Shown here piece by piece: positions 23,801-36,600 of a stretch of 64,000 nt of DNA (position 1 is its first letter; each line of letters starts with the position of its first letter). The position numbers and the translations under genes were made by a program. The stretch is from Azolla caroliniana (lineage: Eukaryota > Plantae > Polypodiophyta). The notes under the pieces were generated by a model. That model was not told the DNA's origin and made no database searches. It saw only the letters and a program-made list of their open reading frames with translations. The stretch is taken from NCBI GenBank assembly GCA_043228905.1, contig JBHGNT010000002.1:11656001-11720000 (forward strand), in the 5' to 3' direction.

Positions 23801-26275
23801 GCGTAGCTCGGTAACTGTGGTTGGATCTGGTTCATCTTGGGGTGGTGATTCCTCCGTGACTTCCTCGTCTTTAGGTGGCTCGATGGTTGGTATGGCATTG
23901 ATTTCGAAGAGAGGGATGATCGTGGGATGATCATCTAGGAAGTCATCGACCTCCTCATCGGCCAAACCGTCAAGCATATGGACCCCTTCCGCATATAACG
24001 GCGAAGTGTTGAGGGCCACGGGGACTCATTCTTCAGTGATGATTCGGACTTTTCTCTTGCCTCTTCAGAACGAGATCATGTTGCGTTGCCAATGCTGCTT
24101 GATATTCGTTGTACGCAACCATGGTCGACTTAGTAACATTGGGTAGGCGCCTTGTGTCTCCAGTCTTAGCACGACGGCCGAGATCGTGAACATGTGGCCT
24201 CCGAGTGTGAAGTCGAGATGGCGGATTAAACCAATGGGGCGAACGGAGCGGGTGTCGGCCATCCGAAGCCAAAAGGGGCATGGTTCCCATTGATTCATGC
24301 CGAGGTTGTGACACGTTGACTCGCTAATAACGTTTATGCCGGATCCGCCGTTGATGATGCATCCGTGCAGGTCTTGTCCCTTAATGATGATTCGCACGGC
24401 AGGGTTCTGAGAATCCATGAGTGGTGGACCTGTGCCTGCTTTGGTGAGGCGTACCGGTAGCGTCACGGGCTTAGTATGGGCTTGGAGTGCCGCCAGGGTG
24501 TCTCGAAATCTCAGCATGAGTGGTAACAGTTTATGTAGGGGCAGCGAGATGCGGGAGTTGGTAAGAACATCCCATAGTTGGTCGTCCTCCGACGACGTGG
24601 ATGGTACCGAGGTTTGTGGTGCTTCGCTGGGCACGTCTCTCATGTCAGTTTGCATGCGCACGGAATTCTTTTTATTGGCCGTGTCGATCCATTCTTTTGA
24701 TGCCTGGCGGACTTCATCCTAGATTTGCCACAGTATAGTCTACGCTTTACTCCGAGTAGTGACGGTTTGAACATCAGCCATGATACTGTTCACCGCAGGT
24801 GCTTTGCCACGGTCGGTTGTTGGGCATTGCGTGGCATAGTGGCCGAGTTGGTTACATTTAAAACACGTAACGTTGGCCGAGTTGTTGGTGTCATCCCGGT
24901 CTGTGTGTGGGAATTGTTGCGGTTGATTCCTTGTCTCGTTTGGTGGTGGGTTGGTCCGAGGTGCATTGGTGTTCCGCTGGTCGTTTGGAGGAGCCTCTCG
25001 TCGGCGGTTGTCGTTGTTCCTTTTATTGTTGCATGAGGTTCGGTTTCCGTTTCGCCGATCGTTACGTGAGTTCCTCCGATCATACCTGTCATCCCGATCA
25101 TTGTCGTAACGATCATAATCGTCGTTCCGGTCGTCGCGATAGCAATCCCGGCGGCCATCTCGACGGTAATCGTCGTCCCGGCGTCGTCTATCCGGTGATT
25201 GCGGGCGATCGTTATCGTTGTCTCGGTAGGAATTACGCTCATCCTGTCGAGAGTACGTGTTCTTGGGCTCGATCTGGCGAACTGGTGCGGTCGTAGTGCG
25301 ATTGAGCATGTTGTACTCGCATTGTTCGACGGTGTGAGATCGCGATTGGCAAATTGGACACTATGGGCGATGAGGACATTCGAGAGCCAGGTGACCTGAG
25401 CCTGAACAGATCGTGCATTGGAGGGCTTGGCGAAAGTGGTTGTCCTCCTGTGGAAGGGCATTCTGTAGGGAGGTCATAGAGAAGGCCGCGCCGTGTTGGG
25501 ATCGATCGAGGGCGAGGACTCGCGCTATGACTTCCTCGATAGTTTGGTTGGCAAAATTTGTAAGTGTGAGAGTCGTTCGGAGAGGCTCTCGTAAACTGGA
25601 CAGGAAAGTGTCCGGTATATGTTGTGTCGAGACATCGTCGGCCACTTGTCTATAGAGATCCTGGAACCGGATCGTGAACTGTGCGACCGTTTCGTGCGGT
25701 TCTTGGCATATCGAGAAGAATTGTCAGAGCAGTTCCCGTTTGGGCACCTCGCGATGAAAGAGTTCAAGGAACTTTGTGCGCACGATTTGGAAGGTGGTTC
25801 CCTCTCCTAGTTCAAGGCGAGAGTACCATCGTGCGGCCGGTCCATCGAGGGAGAGTGTGAACTCGGCAATCTTTGAGGCATCGATTTCGGTCGGCGTGAG
25901 GCGATGCATTGAGTGGTTGGCCTGCCATGTAATTATGAAGGCACGGATGTGTGACTCCGTGTCTGGTCCGTCGGTGTAACGTGGGTATGGGTACGGCATG
26001 ATGTACTCTGGGTCTTCTGGTAGCTCCGGGAAAGGGTTTAGTTCCGGTTGAGTGACCTCCGGAGGGCTTGGCGGGGGTTGTGGTGGGGAATCAACTCTCG
26101 ATTGAGTGTCCGGTGGCGAGGATTGCACTGGGGGAGCCTCCGATTGCTCGGGAAAGGATTGGTCAGTGACCGCCGAGTCGGAAGTTCCTTCGACTGGCTC
26201 AGGGCGTCGGGCAGGTGGCCGAGACCTCGTGGTGCGAGAGGGCGCCGTAACGGCGGCTGGTGGTTACCTTCAACG
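20864..26275 (-). pseudogene. pol: gag-pol of the non-chromovirus Gypsy
   Basis: ORF fragments 25724..26128, 25361..25645, 24740..25309, 24065..24661, 23615..24019, 23135..23518, 22559..22996, 22001..22390 and 20864..21940 carry canonical motifs separated by stops and frameshifts. Confidence 0.92.
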
Positions 26276-26303
26276 AAGTTCGTTGTGCACTCACAGCTGT
26301 AAT

Positions 26304-26314
26304 CGGGCGTGCCA
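26304..26314 (-). promoter_or_regulatory. Primer-binding site (tRNA-Arg type)
   Basis: TGGCACGCCCG lies 5 nt downstream of the 5' LTR on the coding strand. Confidence 0.8.
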
Positions 26315-26879
26315 AATTGTGTTACCCGTTCCTTTGGGTGACACCTTCGATAGACCTGAGGTTATCGGTAGCAAAGGATGTGTTACGTGAAGGCTCGTAA
26401 ACAGAGGCGTCGTGAGGTAGAAAATAATTCGAGATGGAACACTAGTGAGATCTTGATAGGCGTGGACGGCACTTAATTCAGAAACACGAGAGAAAACACA
26501 AACTCATGGAGCAAGATGGGCACAATAACAGATATGTATTAATGCGACAGCAAAAGGGTTACAGAGCGCGGCCTACGGCCGATGACCTTACAATAGTATC
26601 TAATTACGATGGAATTTGCTAGTGCTTCCGCCTATACTTTTTCTACCCCTCTCCTCTGAGGTACTCGACCTTGTTTAAATAACGTTTCCCCTAATACACA
26701 GCCGAGCCGTCGATGGCCCGTGATGCTCGAACTCGGTGCTCGCTGGCGTTCTTTCCTACTCGGTTACACTACCGTCGTTTGCTAATTTCCTAATTTACAT
26801 TTCTGTCCTCTGGACAACAACATATGATCTCGATGTACTATCTCATGCAGATTGCCAACTTTTTTGTAATATCAAATAA

Positions 26880-27270
26880 ATAGTTGAATCTCATTTTGGT
26901 TGTATATGACTCAATTTGATGTACATTCTGGTTGTGAGTCTTATTATTTGAATCTCATTCTGGTTGTATATGACTCAATTTGAATCTCATTCTAGTTAGT
27001 GTGTGACTCAATGTGAATCTTATTCAAAAGCAATGTACAATAATGCAATACTAGTCAATAATGGAGAAGGTATCAAAAGCAATGTACAATAATGCCAAAA
27101 CTAGTAAATGCAATACTAGTCAATAATGGAGATTGCCGACAAAGCAATGTACAATAATGCAATACTAGTCAATAATGGAGAAGGTAGACAAAGCAATGTA
27201 CAACAATGTTATAGGAGGGAGCCCGACTAATTAATGAGGAGCCCAACTGATTAACGAGGAGCCCGACTCA
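26880..27270. repeat. Internal repeat blocks of MULE B
   Basis: gaatctcattctggttgtatatgactcaattt about 4x, aaagcaatgtacaataatgcaatactagtcaataatggaga about 4x, ggagcccgact 3x. Confidence 0.8.
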
Positions 27271-27611
27271 TTAATAGTCAATTGCCCAACTACATGTAAT
27301 GATGGCGTTTCAACGATCATACTAACGACTACAACAAATTGATTCACCAAATTTAGTAGCATGCACTAAGAGGTAGACTCATTCACTAAGGATTGAACTC
27401 ATTCCCTTCCTTAACAGTCTATTAATCACTTGCGCTCATTTCATTCACCCGCATTCTCGATCGTTCACTAATAACCCTAAACATTCTTGAACTAATTCAT
27501 TGAAGAAGAGCTAAAATAATCCACTCCATTCATGTGAATTATTTGAATTCATTCACATAATCTCTCACATTCACCTCAATCAATGTCATTCTCAATCATA
27601 TTGTATTTGCT

Positions 27612-29844
27612 ATGGAGAGCACAATGCATCATGGTGTCTTCGCCATGTCGAAAGATGAATTGGAGGATACGTCATGGTCGTCCAATGCATCGTTTGTATC
27701 TGAGGACAAATTGGATATTCTTTTTGAGTCATCAGATTCCGATTGTGAGGATGAGGCGGTTGATCCCTTCATGTATTGTTCCCCCAAGTATTTTGCATTT
27801 TCAAGAGGTACGTATAATTTGATGGTTAAAGATTTATTGGGACAAGTTAAGGTAACATTGGAAGCATTACGTGATGTCGCGAGGGGAGCACCTCTTTCAC
27901 TTCATGCATGGGCGCATGAAGAGTTGTCTCTTACTCGGGAATGAGAGTGCAATTTACCTTAAAGCATCACCTAATCTTCAAGTATTATACGTTGAGAAAT
28001 GGAGGGAAATGGTATTAGCGTCACATGGTGACACATCCCATCACACATTTTCAAAGACTCTTAAAGAGTTAAAGCTAGTTTATGCAATTGATGTACGTGA
28101 TTATGGCATCCCACCGGAGTACATAAAAGCACTCATTACAAGTTGTGGTTGCCAAATGGTATCGAAGGTCGACCCGATAGAAGGTTTGGGATCAAGCATG
28201 GCCAAATATAACAAGACCCTACCCATAAAAGTGATCAAGGTAGAAACCCACCAATTAGATGATGCGCTCATAGATTTGCAAACCAAGTACCACACACGTT
28301 TAAGGAAAGGAGTCAAGAAGGGTATGCATGTGACTAGGTATAGTTGCCATCGTGTTGGGACATCTCAACTTGCATCTAATTCCACTCAACGACACAGATG
28401 CACACCCCGATGTGGGTGCACATTCCATGTGGGTGCACATTCCATGTGGGTGCACATTCCATGTGGACGTTAGAATGAATGACAGTGTTGACAATGAGAC
28501 ACTTACCATTTCAATATATGGACCTCATAGTGGTCATGTACCATGTAGTAGGTCGGATGTGTACCATTTGCCAGTACACCCCAATGTCATAAGTTGTTGC
28601 AAAGATGACCTATTTGATGTTGGGTGTGCAAGGCATGTGGCACGAATGAGTATGTGTAAGGAAGCATATCATAACTCCAAGGCTAGTCCATTAGAGCTTG
28701 TTAGCTATCAGTTCTTTATGATACCAAAGGAGGTCCATAACATGGCAAATAGGTTAAAAATCGGGAGTGCCATGACTAAGGTTGATTGGGCTTTGATGAT
28801 GCAAGATGCCTATGCACTCCGAGATCTTGGGAAAGTGACTCATGTTCAACCCTACTTGCTTGGTGAACCAGGATCTCCCACCAAACAACCATTTATCTTG
28901 ATACTTCAAGATCAATGGATGTTGGAAATGTGTGAGCAGTTGACCCTAAACAACTCTTGGGCAATCGACTCGACATTTAAAACAAACCAATTCGGGCTAC
29001 CATTATATGTAGCAGTTGCCCCTAGCGCCATGGGAATTGGGATCCCATTATGGTACATGCTTTGCAGTTCTGATAAGGGGTCAAATCATGAGCAAGTCAC
29101 ATTAGAAACTTGTTTGAGAGTCATATTCACAAGGATGCCCACGGTGAGACCAAATGCGATAGTGATTGATAAATGTTGGACATTATGTAATGCCATAACT
29201 AATGTGGTTGCAACAGACCGTCAATCTTGGATTGTTGTAAATGGGCAACGGTCGCAAACACATTGTCGACTTTTGTTGTGTCAGTTTCACGCCAAAAAGT
29301 CATGGGTGGACAACTTGTTGCCAAAAGTAAGTACAACTCAAACATTGTGAGTAAATGTAAGCATTTACTTGGTATCCAAATGATTATTGAGAGGCATATG
29401 CCACATTTATGTGGCTCGTTGCCTTTTATAGATCACGCGATCCAAATGCGAATGGACCATAATACAGAAATAGAAGTGGAGGCAGAGGTAGAACGAGTCG
29501 AGGAGACAAACCCGACAACATCCGAGATTGAATCATTCAAGTCCAAAATACAAATGTTCGTGAAACCACTTCAATGTCTCGAGCAAGGGTTAGGAACCTT
29601 CGACCGTGCAACTATTGTCGAAGGTATACAAACATTGGAAGATGTGGTTAAGAAGGTGTATCGCGTTGGTGCACCAAAATCAACCAATGAAGAAGATGAC
29701 AGATCAATAAGTCGCAACCAACAAATCGGTGCCAAAAGAAGTGCAACAATAGACATCTCGCAAGAACTTATTGGCAGCTCCCCAAACACTTCCAAATCCC
29801 ACTCCGGAAAGCTACAAAGAGGTGCAAGTCGGGCTAGGAGGTGA
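27612..29844 (+). pseudogene. MULE transposase (WRKY/FAR1-like Zn domain, DDE core, deleted SWIM region)
   Basis: YSCHR..RCGCTFHVDVR..GPHSGH; AIDSTFKTNQFGLPLY; IVIDKC; LCQFHAKKSW; then a jump to SKCKHLLGI. A 17-bp triplication at 28411-28462 causes a frameshift. Confidence 0.85.
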
Positions 29845-30624
29845 TTGCCAATAGGTGACTATGAGAAGGTTCGGTGTTTGCGTTGCGATGGCTTGACCTT
29901 GAATTCAAGGGACTCGAATGTTACATGTTGTAAAAATTGTGGTTGCATCTTGCAATCATCCCGACATGAGCCATAATCTTAATATGTAATGTGTATATTC
30001 ATATTTCATTTTAGGGTTGTCAACATTTGACGTTTTAATATTTTATATAAGACTTGTTATTTGAATCTTTAGGTTTTTTTGAGAAATTTTATGATCATTT
30101 TCATGGCAAATATTTGTTATACACTTACCATTTTTTGGAGTTTTTGATGTTTGTTTTTAAGTCGGGCTCCTTCCCTGAGTCGATCGGGCTCTTGATAACA
30201 GAGGTTGTCAAACAACCGGGCTCCTTCTTACTGATGTTGTCAGATAGCGGGGCTCCTTCTGACAGAGTCGGGCTCCTGCGTACGGAGGCTGTCTGACAGC
30301 GGGGTTCCTTTTCACAGAGTCGATAGACGCTGTGAGCTTGTTATCCATCTTGGACGGTGGAGATCGAACACGCCATCAGCGGTGCGACCTGCACCGTCCC
30401 TCTCCGCGATTCCCTCACTTGGCCCTCTTAAATATTTGGTAGTAGTAGTTAGTCACGAGCAGGTGGGTGTGTGTGCACACTGTACTGTGTATTACATACA
30501 TACATACATATATATACATACACATACACGAATTGCGCTCACAGAACAGTGAGCGATGGCGATCGCCAAGTTTCTTCGATAAGCTTCCCTCCTCTCTCTC
30601 TGTCTTACCACGAGTCACCTCGTA

Positions 30625-33600
30625 ATGTCGATGGTTTTCGCTCCTCCTCCGTTCTTCTGCACGCAGATCCTGCTCCGCAGATCTCCTCCCTTTCCTTCTA
30701 CGTCATTCTATTTCTTCCTCGCTTCACAACGCCACTTCCTTCGTTCGTCCAGCAGATCATGCAAACATCTCATCTTCAGATGCAAGCACAAGAAGAAGCA
30801 TCAAGAAGAAGATCTTACCTCGGATGATCTCCATCTCCCAACAGATGGGAAATCTTCAAGGCAACGATCACTCAAACAACAGATAAAGCGTCGAGCTTTG
30901 CTCTCCTATCGTAACCGATTCACACAGGCTCTTCAAGCTGAGCTTGTAAGTCTCTCCATCTCAACTGAATATATATATTCACTTGTTTTTATTGTATTTC
31001 TTTATTTTTCCTTTTGTATATTTCTCTTTATGTGTCTTTAGACTGAAGAGTTGCAAGAAATTAAAGGAAAGCTGAAGCAATGGTCTAACAAAAAGCTGGA
31101 ATCTGAAGGCTTGGCTTTGTTCGATTTATCCCTACGAGAGGAAGGGCGTTTGTTCAGGTACCCTATTCAAATTCCTTGATCTCTCTTAATATGAAAAACA
31201 TGAGGTAGCATAGACATTTTTCTTGCATTCAAGGTCGATAGTTAACAGTGATATCTTAATGTGCAAACTAGCTTTTCTTGCATTCAAGTTCAATGATATT
31301 TTAACCATTGAATTGTAACATATCAGCAAATTTTTTCTCGCATTCAGAATCCCATAAGTTTGTGGAATTGTAAGTTTTCTTCATTCAAAGACTGGTAGCT
31401 CATTTGATATCTTAATGGGGAATTATAAATTTGCACGAACGTTTTTTTCTCTTGTTAGGAAGCCCATTGATTTTTTTACAAGCTAGAGTAAACCTTTTTA
31501 CTTGTTTTCAAGATCAGTGAATTCCAATGATATCTTAATGTGGATTTATAAGCTAACATGGATCATGTTTCTTGAATTCAAATCCTGATGCCACATCGGT
31601 CTTAATGTGGTATTATATGCTAACATAGACCACTTTTTCTTGCATTCAATGTTGCTTGCTCTTTGATCTCATGATGTGGAATCGAAGCTAACACAAGCCT
31701 TTATTTCTTACCCATGGAATGCAGAGACAGGATCTTAAGATTATATTTAAGTTCAGGAGATGGAATTCTGCCTCCACATAATCAGTTCAGCCAGGTGTTG
31801 TGTGGACTAAGTGCATCTATTATAAATAACACATAGTGCTCTGCAAAACAGGATTTCTGTATGTGCTTATAACCCTCAATTGAAGACAAGACATTACATG
31901 CAGTGATATAATTAGAGACTAATTAAAGAAAGAAATTATCAATGAGATATAGGTATGCACAAGAGCTATAAGTATCATGGCATTCATTAAGAGAGATTGA
32001 TTAAAATAAAGACTACTTGCGATAGTAAGTATCACAGTACATCCAAAGAACTTTAGCAGGGTGGCTTGGTGACATGATGCTTGAGGTGTTAAGAAGATAA
32101 ATATGCAAAATGGCTTCTTTTTTAGTTATTTTAAGATCTTAACATGGTGAATCCATAAGTGAGGGGGAAGTGAGAAAAGGGAGCAGAAGAATTGATGGTG
32201 AAAGGGGATGCAATTTGGGCATAGTGATTAACAGATAGAACCAACAACAAGAGACTGGAAATAGAGAGTACAGTTCAATTGCCAACCATAACCTTATGTT
32301 TTCATCTTAACTTGCTAATGGCACAGTCTTCTAGTATAAAACTCTGTTCTGCAGAATTGTGCTTGAAATTAACAAATTGAGGCTCGAATGAAAATGATTT
32401 TTTAGTTTGCAAATAACTGTTACTCCACAAAATTTGTCAACTTCTCTAACTTTTTCTCTAATTAATTCAATCTCTTGTCAATCGTTTTGCTTTATTAATA
32501 TTAAAATATCAAGGCTGGAATGAAAAGATTTTTGGTCATGCAAAACTATTTCTTGATCTAAATCATTTCAATTGATTAGATGCTTAACTATTGATATACT
32601 CATCAAGTATCTCTCTGGCAGAAATCAGCTTCTCAGATTTATATTAATCATATCTTGTTTGGCCATTTGTGTAAGTTCTTCGATTTCGAGCTTTTATATC
32701 CTGTGTACTTTTTGAAATAGAAAACATGAAAGCCATTATGAATGTAGCTGGTGGGGGAAACTTGTAACCTGTAGGTCACTTCTGCAATTTTATTGAAGAA
32801 CATGTACTTACACATGGATTACTATATTTAAACACTATATCACTTGCATTTGTTAGGTGTAAAAGCTCTTTGGTCACTTTGTCTGTGGCCTTCCTCCTTG
32901 CACTTCATTATTGTACATTCTGTCACATTCTCAGCCACCACTTGCTTCTGCCATACAACTCAGTATTAGCTCAGCGCAAGGTCAATCTGCACCACTCTGC
33001 CAGACAGCAGGAGGCAACCAGACAGCTGTTGTTGTCTGTATGGAAGTAGAGATAGCACACAAACCCTAAGTTATAAACTGCTGAATATAGTTTTGTTTTG
33101 GTTCTTAGTGCTCTGCATGCACGTAAGGCACATATAGAAGTGCTGGTGTACTGGTTCAGCTTGTCTGTTGGTTGGTCATTTGCTGGTTCAGCCTTTGTAG
33201 GTTCTCTGTGTTTAAACAACAGAAGTTTATCACTGATCGAGCTACAGTAGCAAGTGTATTTGGGTGATACCTGTGATTTTGACAAGATGGTTACCATTTT
33301 TTCTAGTTCTGACACAAAACATCTGATGGAAATTAAATGGTTTGATGGTCAGGGTTTTGACCTTTGGAAAAATCGTATGCAATGTATTTGTTCTTGAAAG
33401 ATTGTGAAGATGCCTTGCAAGTAAAGAAGCCTGAACAACTATCTGATGAAGATTGGGTCCAGATGAACAAGAAAGTTGTGGCATATGCCAAAATGTGTGT
33501 CACTGATGATATCCTTACAGATATTAAAAGCTTGAATATAGGTTAAACTATATAGGTAAAATGAAAGACTACATGTAACATAACTGAATCAGGTGCATTT

Positions 33601-36600
33601 GATGTGGAGATTGGTAAATATGTGACTGGAAAAGTTCAAGTCAGCGTCTGAGCACTTGATTGCATTTATAGGTATTCTGAATCAGCTGATAAATGCAAAT
33701 ATTTGTTTTGATGGACAAGCGGAAGGCCATTTTATTAATTATGACACTGCAAACTTATGGGAAACACTTGTAGTTTCTTTGAGCAATAATCCTAGTCTAA
33801 CATATGTTGGTGCGAGAGAACATATTCTCAATGAAATGGGAAGCACTTGTAGTTTCTTTGAGCAATAATCCTAGTCTGACATATGTTATCAGTAGAAGTC
33901 TTGACAAACCTCAGCATAGCAGTGGATGCAACTGGTGGGAGTATGTGAAATTTGCTCTCCGAACCTTGTGTTAATACCATTGTTCACTTTGGCCAGCTAT
34001 TATTTATTTGAAAGTGTGAATGTACCCGCATGAGTTAACACTCTGAAGTATAAATACATTCTTTGTGCACCACCACATGGGTTTGGTACACACCAGAACT
34101 AGTATATTCTTGTCTTTCTCTGTCAGTGGCCTTCTCCTGCACTTAATGCTAGCACATTCTCTCACACTGGCTGCTGCCACTCCTGTTTTTGCCTTAACAA
34201 CAAATGTTAAAGGAAGAATTACAAATTCCCTTGTTTCTAAATTTTGCCATGATTAATCATACCCTTTGCTAATCAATCTGCAAATACCCCCTTTGTATGG
34301 TACCCATTCATGTGTTAAAAAAGCACTTGAAATATGCCTTCCATTGAACTCATGTGACATATTTCATAACGACCCTTAGTGCTGATATTATTTGTGAGCT
34401 TAATATTTCTGTTTCCCTCTAGAGCAATTTACCTTTGATGTATGCATAATCACACTTATGAAAGTTAATTGCTTGATAGAACTTCATTTGTCCCGAAGAG
34501 GCGAATTCGGCAACATGCCCTTATGAAAAGGCCTTGCTGAATTGCGTGTACATACATTTTTTGTGCTGGTAATACAGTTGGATCCTGAGTTTTTATCCTA
34601 CCAGGTAGAGGGTCTTTTTGCCACTATGTATCCAGGCAAGATACAGTAGCTCAATGAGAATGACTGTCAATTGAAAAGCATGTGGAGAGTAAGGAGTACA
34701 AAGATTGAGACTGGATGCTGGTTAGTGGAAAGCACATGAAAGGAACAATGTAAAATAAATATAAACAATGATATTCATAAAAAGATGGTTATAGATATTG
34801 GTATCTGGGGAACTTACAATGATGCACATGGAATTTAACAAGAACCTTGGCTAGTTATAGACTATTAGGGTGACAATATCTTGCATTCTTAGAACTTGCA
34901 AATCCATCAATGTAATTTTGTATGCATTATACAAGTGTCTTGAGAGATGAAAACAATGAACAGCTAAGATTGACGGTTATCTTAGCCAAAACATGAATTC
35001 ATCTTCATCTTGTATAAGTTGCAAAGATAGTGGAAATCACTAAACCTCATGGGTAATATCCATCGAACACAATTAAGCCAGAATAGATTGTATACCATAG
35101 ACGAAAATCCCGATGCATTGTTCTTTAAAAGAAATGTTTCAATATTGTTTTTCTGGAGGCAACATTGTCTTATGATAGTCCGGTGGTATGAAAAGTGCAT
35201 TCATTGGCTTTGAATGCTTGAATGCTTGTCTCATAAGATGCAAAGTAGCTCTTGGAAGATAAAAAGCTCAAAGGTAATTAAATTGGAAACATAAAAAATA
35301 TTAAGGAGATATAAAAATAATAATTCTTATAGGGGAGGGTTGAAAACTGAGCATGGGAAGCAGAGAAAAGAGTGGGCCGATTAATGCACATGAAGCATAC
35401 TCCAGCAGCACATGATGAGAGCAAGTTGATGCCATGTGGGCAGGATTCGGAAAACATTTGGAAGTTTTTACAGAAAGAGGAGGGAGACAGTATATCTGAA
35501 AGTTTTTACAGAAAGAGGAAGGAGACATCATCACTCATTGTATGTTTCTCATCATCATGATTTTTAGACGAAGTTATGGAAAGGAAGTAGCTTCACCGGA
35601 AACTGTTTTGATCCTCAGAGAGGGTGAATTAAAATGCCAATAGAAACATCTACATTATTTATTTTCCTTACCTGCATTAGCAATCAGTATACCTCAGTAG
35701 CAAGCAGGATATATGAAGGAATGAAATTAAGGGAGAATAAATGGTGAAAAAGGAGAGGACGAGGAAGGCACAAGCAGAGAAGAGGTAAGCTTGTGTCTCA
35801 ATTTTTAATCCATAATCAAGAAACAGTAGGACGCATGAAGAGAACAGCACGAGGAAGAAAAAAGATTGGAGAAACAAGGGCCTGTAGAACAAAGCTTTGA
35901 AATGTGTGGTTCCAAAAATAGTTATTATCTGATCTGTATGATTGATAGGCATGCATTTGAAATCACTTATTAAACATTATTATTTAATCTTAATTTATTG
36001 AAGCTATATATCATATAATCACGCGAGCATCATTTTTCTCCCAATTTATCTCTGATTATTTCTTACTATGAGTTGCAAATCCTCTATTTAAGTTAAATTT
36101 CAGGAAAAACCTTCCAGTAAAGATCTTTAATACTGTCATATCTTGTTTGTCGTATATTGCAGGGAGATCTTGTTGTAATGAGTAGGATTCATCCTTTGTC
36201 TGAAGATGAAGCTGTTGTTGAGGCTGTTGTGGTTGAAAGGGCAAGAAAGTAGCTACCTTAGTGACATTATTTAATCTCAAATTTAGAATTAGTCTCTAGT
36301 TGTATTGAAATGCAAAAAGAGCTTATTTATTACTTCTACTACTATTTTTCTCTTCTAACATTAGAAGTTGGGAGTGAGCAATGGATATCTGCATATTTAT
36401 AATTTGATCTGGGAATGAGATTGGATTGAGAATTCCTGTCATTAACACCATTAAATGTATGTTGAAGAGTTCAAGCAGGGTTTTTACCTATAATCTCTGT
36501 TGGACAGGTTTATAAAAGTAGCTGTCCCTTGGAATAAGTCAAGAGATTTGAATTTCCAAAAGAAATGGCGGTTGGATCTCTATGCCAATCATGTAGCGTA

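Larger units (their letters stand above)
19631..26819 (-). mobile_element. Full-length non-chromovirus Ty3/Gypsy (Phygy/Athila-related) with two opposed tRNA-Arg sites
   Basis: 500-bp LTRs 19631-20130 and 26320-26819 differ by about 13 transitions by eye. Degenerate TSD gcatg/acata. gag has 3 CCHC knuckles; PR, RT (FLDD), RH, IN with GPF and an extra 3' ORF. PBS at 26304-26314(-); tRNA-like copy at 20133-20149. Confidence 0.95.
16258..30427 (+). mobile_element. Mutator-like element B with both long TIRs, a Ulp1 cargo gene and a transposase; nested Gypsy at 19631-26819
   Basis: Left TIR gagggcaagtgagggaatcgcgaagagggacggtgcaggtc (16258 onward) and right TIR ..gacctgcaccgtccctctccgcgattccctcacttggccctc (to 30427), about 88 bp each. 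GGAGCCCGACTC repeats at 16388-16440 and 27218-27270, inverted at 30160-30280. No matching TSD. Confidence 0.9.

Noticed and set aside
20156-26390. Numerous + strand ORFs over the Gypsy elements (also 9259-14321 and 54379-58813)
   Set aside because: They are antisense shadows of GC-rich gag-pol with no recognisable motifs.
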